A DNA stretch of 35,565 nt, the filler included, from Candidatus Eiseniibacteriota bacterium (GTDB lineage Bacteria > Orphanbacterota > Orphanbacteria > Orphanbacterales > Orphanbacteraceae): assembly GCA_043809585.1 (NCBI GenBank). It is 2 parts of 2 records of this genome, joined end to end, with 100 filler letters (N's around TTAATTAATTAA, not from the genome) between each part and the next. Parts side by side here need not be neighbours in the genome. Positions count along the whole stretch, not along the records: positions 16,174 to 35,565 come from JBDROZ010000122.1; 1 more part is not named here. One strand, given 5' to 3'. The notes under the pieces are model-generated. The model had not been told where the DNA came from. It ran no database searches and saw only the letters and a program-made list of their open reading frames with translations. The translations under genes and the position numbers were made by a program. Positions 17,360 through 26,204 of this stretch are shown here, piece by piece; position 1 is the first letter of the stretch; each line of letters starts with the position of its first letter.

Positions 17360-17388
17360 TTGACAACCGCCTCCCGGGCGTGTAGTCT
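17360..17388 (+). promoter_or_regulatory. Putative sigma70 promoter
   Basis: TTGACA-N17-TAGTCT, 40 nt upstream of the activase ATG. Confidence 0.6.
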
Positions 17389-17428
17389 CCCCTTGGATTC
17401 TCCCCCCGAGAATCCTATGGGAGAAGCG

Positions 17429-20400
17429 ATGTCCTCGTCCTTGGTTGACCGGATAGCCGTCGGCGTCGACGTCGGCTCCATCAGCGTGAAACTCGCCGTT
17501 CTCGGCCGGGGAACGGCCCGGAAGAAGATCGAGGAGGCCGGGCTCGGCCCCAAGGGCTACCGGCTCGTCGACCGGGAGGGGGCCCTCGTCGCCCTCTCCT
17601 CTTACGAGCGCCATCTCGGCCGCCCCCGGGCGGTGGCGGTCGAGATGCTCCGGGACCTTTTCCAGGGGCTCCCCCAAGAGGCGGTCCACGTCCTCACCGT
17701 GACCGGCTCGGGGGGCAAGCACCTCGCCGAGGTCCTCCGCACGAAACACGAGAACGAGTTCCGGGCCGTCGCCCAAGGGGTCCGCTATCTCCACCCGGAG
17801 ACCCGCACCATCCTCGAGATGGGGGGCGAGAACTCGAAGTACATCCTCCTCGCCCCCGCCGGCGACGGGAACTCGGTCGGGATCGTCGATTACGAGACGA
17901 ACGGCGACTGCGCCGCCGGCACCGGCTCCTTCATGGACCAGCAGGCCTCCCGCCTCCTCTTCAAGATCGAGGACGTGGGCGCCATCACCGCGGCGGCGGT
18001 CCGGACGCCGACCATCGCCGGCCGCTGTTCGGTCTTCGCCAAGAGCGACATGATCCACGCCCAGCAGAAAGGCTACGCGCCGGGCGAGGTCCTCCGGGGC
18101 CTTTGCGAGGCGGTGGCCCGGAACTACAAGGCGAGCATCACGAAGGGGAAGAAGATCGAGCCCCCCGTCGCCTTCATCGGCGGCGTCTCCGCCAACTCGG
18201 GGGTCGCGGGCGCCATGGGCTCCCTCTTCGACCTGGATGACAACCAGTTCTTCGTCCCCGAGGCCCACGCCTGGATGGCGGCGATCGGCGCCGCCCTCCT
18301 CGGCGCCGCGGTCCACGAAGAGCCCGCCCCCTTCCGGTCCCTCGCGGACGTGAGCCGGGACGAAGGGGAGGGGGCCGAGTCCTTCCCCCGCTCCGACCGG
18401 CTCTCCATGGAGGACGTGGTGCTTCTCCGGGACCGGGTGAAACCGTACACCTTCCCCGAGGACGGACGACGGGTCGACGCGTTCCTCGGCGTCGACATCG
18501 GATCGGTCTCGACCAACCTGGTCGTCACCGACAGCGACGCCAACGTCATCTACGAAATCTACGTCCGCACCGAAGCCCGCCCGATCGAGGTGGTCCACAG
18601 GGGCCTCCAGGAGATCGAGGCGGCCATCGGCGACCGCATCCGGATTCTCGGCGTCGGCACGACCGGCTCGGGCCGGGAGCTGATCGGCGAGCTGATCGGC
18701 GCGGACACGATCAACGACGAGATCACCGCCCACAAGACGGGCGCCACCTACATCGGCCGCAAGCTGATCGACCGGGAAGTGGACACGATCTTCGAGATCG
18801 GCGGCCAGGACTCGAAATTCATCTCCATCCAGGACGGCGTGGTGGTCGACTTCGCCATGAACGAGGCGTGCGCCGCCGGAACTGGCTCCTTCCTCGAGGA
18901 GCAGGCGGAGCGGCTCGGCATCTCGATCAAGGGGGAGTTCAGCGACCTCGCCCTCTCGTCGAAAAGACCAATCCGTCTCGGCGAGCGGTGCACGGTCTTC
19001 ATCGAGAAGGACATCATCCCCTACCTCCAGAAGGGGGCCAAGGTCGAGGACCTGGTCGCGGGCCTCGCCTACTCCATCGCCCTGAACTACCTGAACCGGG
19101 TGGTCCGGGGGCGCTCGATCGGCGACGTGATCTACTTCCAGGGGGGGACGGCGTACAACGACTCGGTGGGCGCCGCCTTCGCCACGATCCTCGGGAAGAA
19201 GATCATCATTCCCCCCCACAACGGTGTGGTCGGCGCCATCGGCATGGCGATCCTCGCACGGGAGAAGATCGTCGGCGGCCACGGGGCGACCGGCTTCCGG
19301 GGCTACTCCTTGGACGCCGTGGATTACGAGATCCGGGACTTCACGTGCAAGGCGTGCACGAATTACTGCGACATCCAAGAGTTCAAGGTGGAGGGGGAGA
19401 AGACCTACTGGGGGGACAAGTGCTCCGAGCGCTTCCGGAAGCGCCCCAAGGTCGACCGGGAGGCGGTCATCCCCGACCTGTTGAAGTTCCGGGAGGAGGC
19501 GATCTTCGAAGGGTTCGACCCGGACCGGGAGGGCGTGCCCGTGGTCGGCATGCCCCGGGCGATGTACTTCTACGAACGATTCCCCTTCTGGAACCGTTTC
19601 TTCACCGAGATGGACTGCAAGGTCGTCGTCTCCGACCCGACGACGAACCGGATCGTCAACCGGGGGCTCGAGACGACCGTCGCCGAGCCCTGTTTCCCGA
19701 TCAAGGTCGCCCACGGACACGTGGCGAACCTGCTCGACAAAGAGATCGACGTCCTCTTCATCCCGAACGTGGTGAACGCCGAGACGGACACCCCCGAAAT
19801 GGAGTCCCACCTCTGCCCGTGGGGGCAGACCCTCCCCTTCGTGATCGGTCAATCGGGGATGAAGGAGCGGATCGGCGGCCGCCTCATGCAGCCGAACATC
19901 CACTTCCGGCGGGGGATCGAATCGGTGAAGAAGGAGCTCCGGGAGGTGTGGAAAACCCTCGGCGTGTCCCGCCGGGACGGGGAACGGGCCTTGAAGGCCG
20001 CCTACGACGCCCAGGCCGACTTCGGGCGAAAGCTCGTCGCCAAGGGGCGGGAGGCGATGGAGACGCTCGGCGACGAGCCGGCCATCGTCCTTCTCGGGCG
20101 GCCGTACAACATCCACGACCGGGGCGTGAACCTGAACGTGCCGACCAAGCTGCGCGACTACTACGGGGTGAACGTCATTCCCCTCGACTTCCTCCCCCTC
20201 TACGGCACGGACATCCGGGACGTGAACAGGAACATGTACTGGAACTACGGCCGCAAGATCCTGCAGGCGGCGCGCATCGTCTCGAAGCACCGGAACCTGC
20301 ACATCATCTACATCACGAATTTCAAGTGCGGACCCGACTCGTACATCAAGCACTACATCGACGAGGCGTCGGGCAAGCCGTTTCTGAGTCTCACCATCGA

Positions 20401-20503
20401 CGGGCATTCGAACGACGCGGGGATACTGACCCGCTGCGAGGCCTACCTCGACTCGAAGGGGTTCCTCCGGCGGTGGACCGACCCGGTGGCGGTGGGGGGC
20501 TGA
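17429..20503 (+). CDS. Acyl-CoA dehydratase activase (two BadF/BadG/BcrA/BcrD ASKHA ATPase domains plus DUF2229-like domain)
   Basis: GVDVGSISVK and GVDIGSVSTN; TGSG; MGGENSK and IGGQDSK; two CAAGTGSF; RCSVFAKS and RCTVF; CKACTNYC; EPCFPIKVAHGH; FKCGPD. The start is ATG at 17429 or 17417. Confidence 0.92.
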   Translation: MSSSLVDRIAVGVDVGSISVKLAVLGRGTARKKIEEAGLGPKGYRLVDREGALVALSSYERHLGRPRAVAVEMLRDLFQGLPQEAVHVLTVTGSGGKHLAEVLRTKHENEFRAVAQGVRYLHPETRTILEMGGENSKYILLAPAGDGNSVGIVDYETNGDCAAGTGSFMDQQASRLLFKIEDVGAITAAAVRTPTIAGRCSVFAKSDMIHAQQKGYAPGEVLRGLCEAVARNYKASITKGKKIEPPVAFIGGVSANSGVAGAMGSLFDLDDNQFFVPEAHAWMAAIGAALLGAAVHEEPAPFRSLADVSRDEGEGAESFPRSDRLSMEDVVLLRDRVKPYTFPEDGRRVDAFLGVDIGSVSTNLVVTDSDANVIYEIYVRTEARPIEVVHRGLQEIEAAIGDRIRILGVGTTGSGRELIGELIGADTINDEITAHKTGATYIGRKLIDREVDTIFEIGGQDSKFISIQDGVVVDFAMNEACAAGTGSFLEEQAERLGISIKGEFSDLALSSKRPIRLGERCTVFIEKDIIPYLQKGAKVEDLVAGLAYSIALNYLNRVVRGRSIGDVIYFQGGTAYNDSVGAAFATILGKKIIIPPHNGVVGAIGMAILAREKIVGGHGATGFRGYSLDAVDYEIRDFTCKACTNYCDIQEFKVEGEKTYWGDKCSERFRKRPKVDREAVIPDLLKFREEAIFEGFDPDREGVPVVGMPRAMYFYERFPFWNRFFTEMDCKVVVSDPTTNRIVNRGLETTVAEPCFPIKVAHGHVANLLDKEIDVLFIPNVVNAETDTPEMESHLCPWGQTLPFVIGQSGMKERIGGRLMQPNIHFRRGIESVKKELREVWKTLGVSRRDGERALKAAYDAQADFGRKLVAKGREAMETLGDEPAIVLLGRPYNIHDRGVNLNVPTKLRDYYGVNVIPLDFLPLYGTDIRDVNRNMYWNYGRKILQAARIVSKHRNLHIIYITNFKCGPDSYIKHYIDEASGKPFLSLTIDGHSNDAGILTRCEAYLDSKGFLRRWTDPVAVGG

Positions 20504-20507
20504 TCGG

Positions 20508-21779
20508 ATGACGGAACGGCAGAAGACCCTCGAGGGACGAAAGCTCTACATCCCCCCCATGGCGTACGGATCGGCCCGGACCGTGGCGGCGGTTTTTCGA
20601 TCCATGGGCATCGACGCCATGCCGACGCCCCCGTCCGACGAGAAGACCCTCGAGCTCGGCGGGAGGTACACGTCGGGGGACGAGTGCTACCCGGAGAAGG
20701 TCACCCTCGGGGACGCCCTGCGGATCGCGGAGCAGCCCGGCTTCGAGCCGGAGAAAACCGCCTTCTTCATGCCCACCGCGACCGGCCCCTGCCGCTTCGG
20801 CCAGTACGCGATTCTACTCGAGAAGGTCTTCCGCGAAATCGGCGCCGACGAAGTGCTCGTCTTCTCCCCCTCGTCCCGGGACGGTTACGGCGGCATCGGG
20901 TCCGAGAACGTGGAGCGCGCGGTCTGGCGATCTCTCGTGGCCGCAGACGCCCTCCGCAAGATGCTCCTCCGCTCCCGGCCGTATGAAACGAATCGGGGGG
21001 ACACGGACGCCGTTTACGAGGAGAGTCTGAAGCGGCTCTGCGGCGTCCTCGAGAAGAACGACGTCCCGGCCGGCAGGCGCCTCGAGATGATCGTCGAATG
21101 CCTCCGGAAGGCGCGGGACGCATTCCGGGCGGTGCCGGCGAAATACGTGAAGGACCGCCCCCTCGTCGGCATCGTGGGCGAGATCTTCTGCCGCCTGAAC
21201 CGCTTCTCCAACGAGGACCTCGCCCGCAAGGTGGAGGAGCAGGGGGGCGAGACATGGCTCTCGGACATCGCCGAGTGGGTCTGGTACACCAACTCCGAAA
21301 AGCGCCTCCGGATCAAGGACGAGGGGCTTCACGTCGCGGCGAATCTGGCCAAGGCGAAGATGAAGGAGATCGTCCAGCGCTCCGACGAGCACGCCATCAT
21401 GAAACCCTTCGAAGAGGACTTCATCGGCATCGAGGAACCGGACGGCGTGGAGGAGATCCTGGGCAACGCCGAACCCTACCTCCCCCGCCGGGGCGCCCTC
21501 GGCGAGATGGTCCTCTCCGTGGGCAAGTCGGTCTATCTCCACGGCAAGGGGGCGGACGGCGTCATCGACATCTCGCCGTTCTCCTGCATGAACGGGATCG
21601 TCTGCGAAGCGGTCTACCCGCAGGTCTCGAAGGACCACGACGGGATTCCGATCCGCAACTTCTACTTCGACGGCACCCAGGTCGACCTGGAGCAGCAGAT
21701 CGGGATCTTCCTCGAGCTGGCCCGGAGCTACCGGGACCGGAAGAAGGCCCCGCGGCGATTCCCCGCCTATTTCGAATAG
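20508..21779 (+). CDS. CoA-activase-associated 2-hydroxyacyl-CoA dehydratase-like protein
   Basis: SGDECYP, GPCRFGQY, VGIVGEIFCR, ISPFSCM motifs typical of the C-terminal module of CoA-substrate-specific enzyme activases; 4 nt downstream of the activase. Confidence 0.85.
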   Translation: MTERQKTLEGRKLYIPPMAYGSARTVAAVFRSMGIDAMPTPPSDEKTLELGGRYTSGDECYPEKVTLGDALRIAEQPGFEPEKTAFFMPTATGPCRFGQYAILLEKVFREIGADEVLVFSPSSRDGYGGIGSENVERAVWRSLVAADALRKMLLRSRPYETNRGDTDAVYEESLKRLCGVLEKNDVPAGRRLEMIVECLRKARDAFRAVPAKYVKDRPLVGIVGEIFCRLNRFSNEDLARKVEEQGGETWLSDIAEWVWYTNSEKRLRIKDEGLHVAANLAKAKMKEIVQRSDEHAIMKPFEEDFIGIEEPDGVEEILGNAEPYLPRRGALGEMVLSVGKSVYLHGKGADGVIDISPFSCMNGIVCEAVYPQVSKDHDGIPIRNFYFDGTQVDLEQQIGIFLELARSYRDRKKAPRRFPAYFE

Positions 21780-21810
21780 CCCTTCCCCGGGGCCGGCGGA
21801 GTCCGAACGG

Positions 21811-22482
21811 ATGAAGAAACGGACGGCCCTCGACTTCGGCGTTCCCCTGCTCCTGCTTCTCGTCCTCACCGTCGTCATTCGCTCGAATGGTCTCGACCTC
21901 CGGGTCTCCGCCCCCTATTACCTCGGCGACCGGGCATGGAAGTACGAGGAACCGGAACCGTGGAAGTTCCTCTACGATCACGGAACGCTCTTCGCGATCG
22001 TGCCGGCCGTCATCGCCCTCGGCGTTTTCGTGGCGGGGCTGTTCCGGAAGGACGCGGCGCGGCACCGGCGGGCGGCGGCTTTTCTCGTCCTCTCCCTCTC
22101 CCTCGGTCCGGGTCTCGTGGTCAACTCGATCTTCAAGGAACACTACGGGCGGCCGAGGCCGAGGGACGTCCTCCGGTTCGACGGGGACCAGCGGTTCCGG
22201 GAAGTGTGGGCCCTGCCGAAAGGGGGCGGTCACTCCTTTCCGTCGGGGCACGCGGCGACCGCGTTCTGGCTCGTCTCCCCCTGGTTCCTCCTCCGGCGAA
22301 AGCGCCCGCGGGTCGCGGCGGCCTTTCTCCCCCTCGGATTCGCGTACGGCGCCCTCATGGGCCTCGCCCGGATCGGCCAGGGGGCGCACTATCTGAGCGA
22401 CGTGGTCTGGGCGTGCGGATTCACGTGGCTCGTCTCGGCCCTCCTCTCCCGTGCGCTCGGGTTGGAGCGACGGGAGGAGTGA
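21811..22482 (+). CDS. PAP2 family membrane phosphatase
   Basis: KEHYGRPRP (C1), FPSGH (C2), RIGQGAHYLSD (C3); multiple TM segments. Confidence 0.92.
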   Translation: MKKRTALDFGVPLLLLLVLTVVIRSNGLDLRVSAPYYLGDRAWKYEEPEPWKFLYDHGTLFAIVPAVIALGVFVAGLFRKDAARHRRAAAFLVLSLSLGPGLVVNSIFKEHYGRPRPRDVLRFDGDQRFREVWALPKGGGHSFPSGHAATAFWLVSPWFLLRRKRPRVAAAFLPLGFAYGALMGLARIGQGAHYLSDVVWACGFTWLVSALLSRALGLERREE

Positions 22483-22501
22483 GCCCGGCGGCGGCGACCG
22501 G

Positions 22502-22963
22502 TCAGGGACAGGGTTTCTCCCCGTAGGCGTCCCGCTGATAATCCCCCCGGGCGCAGCGGTCCGCCGTCCGGATCTCCCGGACGCGCCAATACCCCTCGGC
22601 GGTCCGGACGAGGTGGAACTCGTGCCAGGTCCCCGCGACCGAATCGTCCAGAAGGCCCTCCTCCGTCACGGTGACGGTGCACCGGTCCGGAAACTCACCG
22701 GGCCCGCTCGTTTTTCGAAAGGTGATCCGGGGGGCCTCTTCGGGACCGCCGAAGTACTGGCTCACCGTGCGGAGGGGGCTCCGGGGCCAGTGTTTCTCCT
22801 CGGCGATCGCGGCGTCGATCCCGGCGTTGTACCGGTCGGTCCCGGAGAGGCGGTACGAAAGGACCGGGTACTCCGACTCCGGCGATGGCGCGGGACCCCT
22901 GGGGGGGGACGCCGGGGCGCAGGCGGCGCAGAGAAGAAGAACGAAGGAAAGAAGACGGTTCAA
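22502..22963 (-). CDS. Hypothetical lipoprotein
   Basis: TTG start overlapping the MgtC stop (TTGA); MNRLLSFVLLLCAAC lipobox-like N-terminus; LLDDSVAG...RCARG C-terminal domain. Confidence 0.7.
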   Translation of the reverse strand: MNRLLSFVLLLCAACAPASPPRGPAPSPESEYPVLSYRLSGTDRYNAGIDAAIAEEKHWPRSPLRTVSQYFGGPEEAPRITFRKTSGPGEFPDRCTVTVTEEGLLDDSVAGTWHEFHLVRTAEGYWRVREIRTADRCARGDYQRDAYGEKPCP

Positions 22964-23439
22964 GACCCGTCCCCCTTCCGGTCCGGCGCCCCCACGTTCA
23001 CCCCGCGGCGGAGGCGCCGAAAGGTGTTCTCCAGGAACTCGATGCCGAGGAGCACGCCGAGGGTGAAGAGGGCGAGGAGCATCGCGGCGCCGTAATGGCC
23101 GAGACCGCTCACCGAACCGATCGCCGCCAGGACCCAGACCACCGCGGCCGTCGTGACGCCGGTGACGACCCCTCCTTGGGCTAAAATCACGCCGGCGCCG
23201 AGAAACCCGATGCCGGTCACGACCTGGCCGAGCACGCGGGTCGGGTCGACGTGGTCGGACGGGAAGGAGGCGGCCAGTTCGATGAAGACCTGAGTGCCGA
23301 GGCAGATGAGAATGCTCGTCCTCATCCCCGCCGCCTTTCCGCGGAGCTGGCGTTCGAGGCCGATCGCCCCGCCGCAGAGAATCGCCGTGCCGATTCCGGC
23401 CCACGTCAAGGGGCGGATCATCTCGCTCAGGTATTCCAT
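22960..23439 (-). CDS. MgtC/SapB family membrane protein
   Basis: GAIGLERQ...AGMRT, DPTRVLGQVVTGIGFLGAGVI, GVTTAAVVW; GGAGG RBS. Confidence 0.93.
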   Translation of the reverse strand: MEYLSEMIRPLTWAGIGTAILCGGAIGLERQLRGKAAGMRTSILICLGTQVFIELAASFPSDHVDPTRVLGQVVTGIGFLGAGVILAQGGVVTGVTTAAVVWVLAAIGSVSGLGHYGAAMLLALFTLGVLLGIEFLENTFRRLRRGVNVGAPDRKGDGS

Positions 23440-23466
23440 GTTCCCTCCGGGGGGCCGCAGGGAGAT

Positions 23467-23703
23467 TTACTCCCTATCCCACTCGATCTCCATGTCCTCC
23501 CGGTCCCCCATGGCGTCTTTCAGGATCTTCAGGAGCTTGCGGTCGATTCCCCGCTCCTCGAAGACGTCCAGGGTGTCCCGGTTGATGTAGTAATCCACGT
23601 CCTCCTCCGATTCCTCTTCGAGCTGGTCGATGAGAAACTGGAGCTGGTCCTCCGTGATCGATCCGATCACGTCGCCGGTGTCTTTGTCCCTCAGTTCGAT
23701 CAT
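23467..23703 (-). CDS. Small acidic conserved hypothetical protein (78 aa)
   Basis: MIELRDKDTGDVIGSITEDQLQFLIDQLEEESEEDVDYYINRDTL...; GGAGG RBS; C-terminal part of the track ORF 23467..24762. Confidence 0.8.
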   Translation of the reverse strand: MIELRDKDTGDVIGSITEDQLQFLIDQLEEESEEDVDYYINRDTLDVFEERGIDRKLLKILKDAMGDREDMEIEWDRE

Positions 23704-23756
23704 GGCTTCCTCCGTTTCCGGTACGGGTTCGCGCCCGACTCTCGTTCCCGTCGAAT

Positions 23757-24968
23757 CTACCACGTCCCGGCGCCGGACGGAATCGTGCTTCCTATCCCTC
23801 CGGATCGCCCGCCCATGCAGAGGATCTCCTCCCGCACCCGCCCGGCGATCCGCCGGTTCCCTTCGGCGGAGTAGTGGGCGCCCCGGCCCTGATCCGAGAA
23901 AACACCCTCGCCGTTCCCGAGCACCTCCGTCAGGTCCGCGTACCGGTAGCCCCTCCTGTCGAACTCCTCGAGCAGGGAGGCGTAGGCCATCGTCCCGGTC
24001 TTCCGGAAACGGCGAATATCGGATTTTTGCGGAAAGACGAGGATGACGGTTTCGCTCCCGTTTTCGAGAGCCGACCGGCGAAACTCCTCGAAGATCCGGA
24101 GGGTGAGGGTCAGGTGCTCGGACGACTCCCGGTAGAACGCCTCCTCCCCACCGCCGTACCGCCGCCACTTCCGCCAGGCCTCTTCGGTGATCCGGATGAG
24201 CCGGAAGGTGCGGAGAATCTCGAGGGGATGGGACAGGTACCGGTCGGCGAAATACGCGTCGTCCGCCCCGAGGGCCGGGATCGACTCGCCCGGGGAATCG
24301 AGCAGGGAGCGGTAGTCGTCGAGGCGCGCCAGGGGATTGGGGACGAGAACCAGACGGTCCCCGTCCTCGAGGAATCGGGGCTTGCCGAGGGGTACGCCGG
24401 TCCCGGGACGGTAGAAGGGACGGAACACGGAGAGATGCCGCCCGATATTCTCGGTCATGAACCCGATCAGAACGATGTCCGGCGAGAAGCGGACGCCCTC
24501 CTCGAGATAGCGGAGATACGCCTGGTCCGTTCCGTATCCCGGCACTCCGAAGTTCAGGACCTCCCACCCGTCGCCCGCGCTTTCCAGAAGCGCGGGCCAC
24601 TCCTCGCCGCCGGCCACATCGTCCCCGTGGGTGAAAGAGTCGCCGAACGCGGCGATCCGAAGCGTCCCCGGAGGCGGGTCTTTCTCGTACTCCCGGCCGC
24701 TTCGGATCCCGTCCGAGTTCGCCCGGTAGAGAGACGATTCCCCGTTGCTCCGCACGCGCCAACCGAGGATCGGGCTGTGCTCGATGTACCGGTGTTTCCC
24801 TTCGAGGAGGTTCCGGATCGATCCCGCGTGGCCCGGCGACAGGCGGTCGGCGGGGGAGTACGCGATTCCCAGGTACCTCTCGAGGAAGACGAAACCGGCC
24901 GCCGAGAAGAGCTCGGCGACGAGGAGGGCGAGCAGAAGCCCGGCGACCCGGAAGAGCAGTCGCTTCAC
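23757..24968 (-). CDS. SGNH/GDSL hydrolase-like protein with N-terminal membrane anchor
   Basis: GTG start overlapping the YaiI stop; FGDSFTHG (block I), NFGVPGYG (block II), AHYSAEGN (block V). Confidence 0.85.
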   Translation of the reverse strand: MKRLLFRVAGLLLALLVAELFSAAGFVFLERYLGIAYSPADRLSPGHAGSIRNLLEGKHRYIEHSPILGWRVRSNGESSLYRANSDGIRSGREYEKDPPPGTLRIAAFGDSFTHGDDVAGGEEWPALLESAGDGWEVLNFGVPGYGTDQAYLRYLEEGVRFSPDIVLIGFMTENIGRHLSVFRPFYRPGTGVPLGKPRFLEDGDRLVLVPNPLARLDDYRSLLDSPGESIPALGADDAYFADRYLSHPLEILRTFRLIRITEEAWRKWRRYGGGEEAFYRESSEHLTLTLRIFEEFRRSALENGSETVILVFPQKSDIRRFRKTGTMAYASLLEEFDRRGYRYADLTEVLGNGEGVFSDQGRGAHYSAEGNRRIAGRVREEILCMGGRSGGIGSTIPSGAGTW

Positions 24969-25447
24969 GGCGCCGTCCCCCCCGCCGCCGGAGGGCCGGT
25001 TCCCCGGCGGAGCGCCTGAACGATCCTGTCCAGGCAATCGAGAAATCGGGAGCGGTCCTTCTTCGCGAAGGGGGCCGGGCCGCCCGTGACGCTCCCCGCC
25101 TCCCGGAGGTGGGTCATGAGATCCCGGGTGGCGAGGGTGTCGCCGACCGACTCTTCCGTGAACTCCCGCCCCTTCGGGCCGAGCGCCCGGGCCCCCTTGG
25201 CGACGGCCCGGGCGGCGAGGGGGATGTCGGCGGTGATCACGATGTCCTCCGGTCCGGCGAGCAGGACGATCTTGTCGTCCGCCTCGTCCATGCCGTCTCC
25301 GACGAGGACGAGTTCGACCCGTCCCTCCCGGGGGGTCCGCATGGGAATGTTCGAGACCACGAGAACCGGGAGGTCGTAGCGGGCGGCGACCTTGTAGACC
25401 TCCGGCTTCACGGGGCAGGCGTCGGCGTCGACGAGGATGCGGATCAA
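24965..25447 (-). CDS. YaiI/YqxD family (UPF0178) protein
   Basis: ILVDADACPVK, DEADD, DIVITADIPLA, GGPAPF. Confidence 0.93.
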   Translation of the reverse strand: MIRILVDADACPVKPEVYKVAARYDLPVLVVSNIPMRTPREGRVELVLVGDGMDEADDKIVLLAGPEDIVITADIPLAARAVAKGARALGPKGREFTEESVGDTLATRDLMTHLREAGSVTGGPAPFAKKDRSRFLDCLDRIVQALRRGTGPPAAGGTAP

Positions 25448-25484
25448 CGGATACCCCCTCGAGGCGGTGGCGCCGCGCGCCGGG

Positions 25485-26204
25485 TCAGCGGCGGGCGACG
25501 ACGGCGACGGAATCGGGAAAGACGAGCGCGCCGATGCCGACCGACCGGAACCCGGCGGCCAGGGCCTCGCACCAGAAATCGGCGCCGTACTCGGTGACCA
25601 CCCGCATCTCTTCGCTCTCGTGGCCCGGAACGCCGTGATAGCTCGGCGAAAGCCCGTCCCTTCTCCGCCCGAGGCGGCCGGTGATCACGGGCACCGTGTA
25701 GGCGAGAAGCCCCCCCGGTTGCAGGACCCGCCGGCACTCCCGGAGGGCGAGGTCGGTCCGGGGGACATGCTCGAGGGTGTCGCTGTGGATCACGACGTCG
25801 AAAGAGCGGTCCGGCAACTCCTCCATGTTCTGCATGTCCGTCTCGGGGAACGAGAGGAAGGTGTACTTTTTCAGGAGCCGGAGATAGGGCGTGAGATGCC
25901 CCGCCTCGTTGATCTCGAGGAACCGGAGCGTGTCGCCGGGAATCGAATCGGCGCAAAACCGGTCGAAGGTCCCCTCCGAGAAGTTCAGGGCGTCCATGAT
26001 CGCCGAGGCGAGGGTCATGGAGCGGAGGTTGCACCGGCACGACTCGCAGCAGAGCCCCTGCTGGCGGTCGACGTAGTCCGCCTCCTCCGCGGAGAGGCCC
26101 CACGACTCGACCAGCTCCTTCCAGAGAACCGGCTCGAAGCGGAACGACGTCCCGCCGCAGACCGGGCACGACCCCGGCGTTCGGAGTCCCGCTCCCTCCG
26201 TCAT
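25485..26204 (-). CDS. Class I SAM-dependent methyltransferase with N-terminal Cys pairs
   Basis: ATG overlapping the GH13 stop (ATGA); CPVCG...CESC; SFDVVIHSDTLEHV; RVLQPGG. Confidence 0.82.
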   Translation of the reverse strand: MTEGAGLRTPGSCPVCGGTSFRFEPVLWKELVESWGLSAEEADYVDRQQGLCCESCRCNLRSMTLASAIMDALNFSEGTFDRFCADSIPGDTLRFLEINEAGHLTPYLRLLKKYTFLSFPETDMQNMEELPDRSFDVVIHSDTLEHVPRTDLALRECRRVLQPGGLLAYTVPVITGRLGRRRDGLSPSYHGVPGHESEEMRVVTEYGADFWCEALAAGFRSVGIGALVFPDSVAVVARR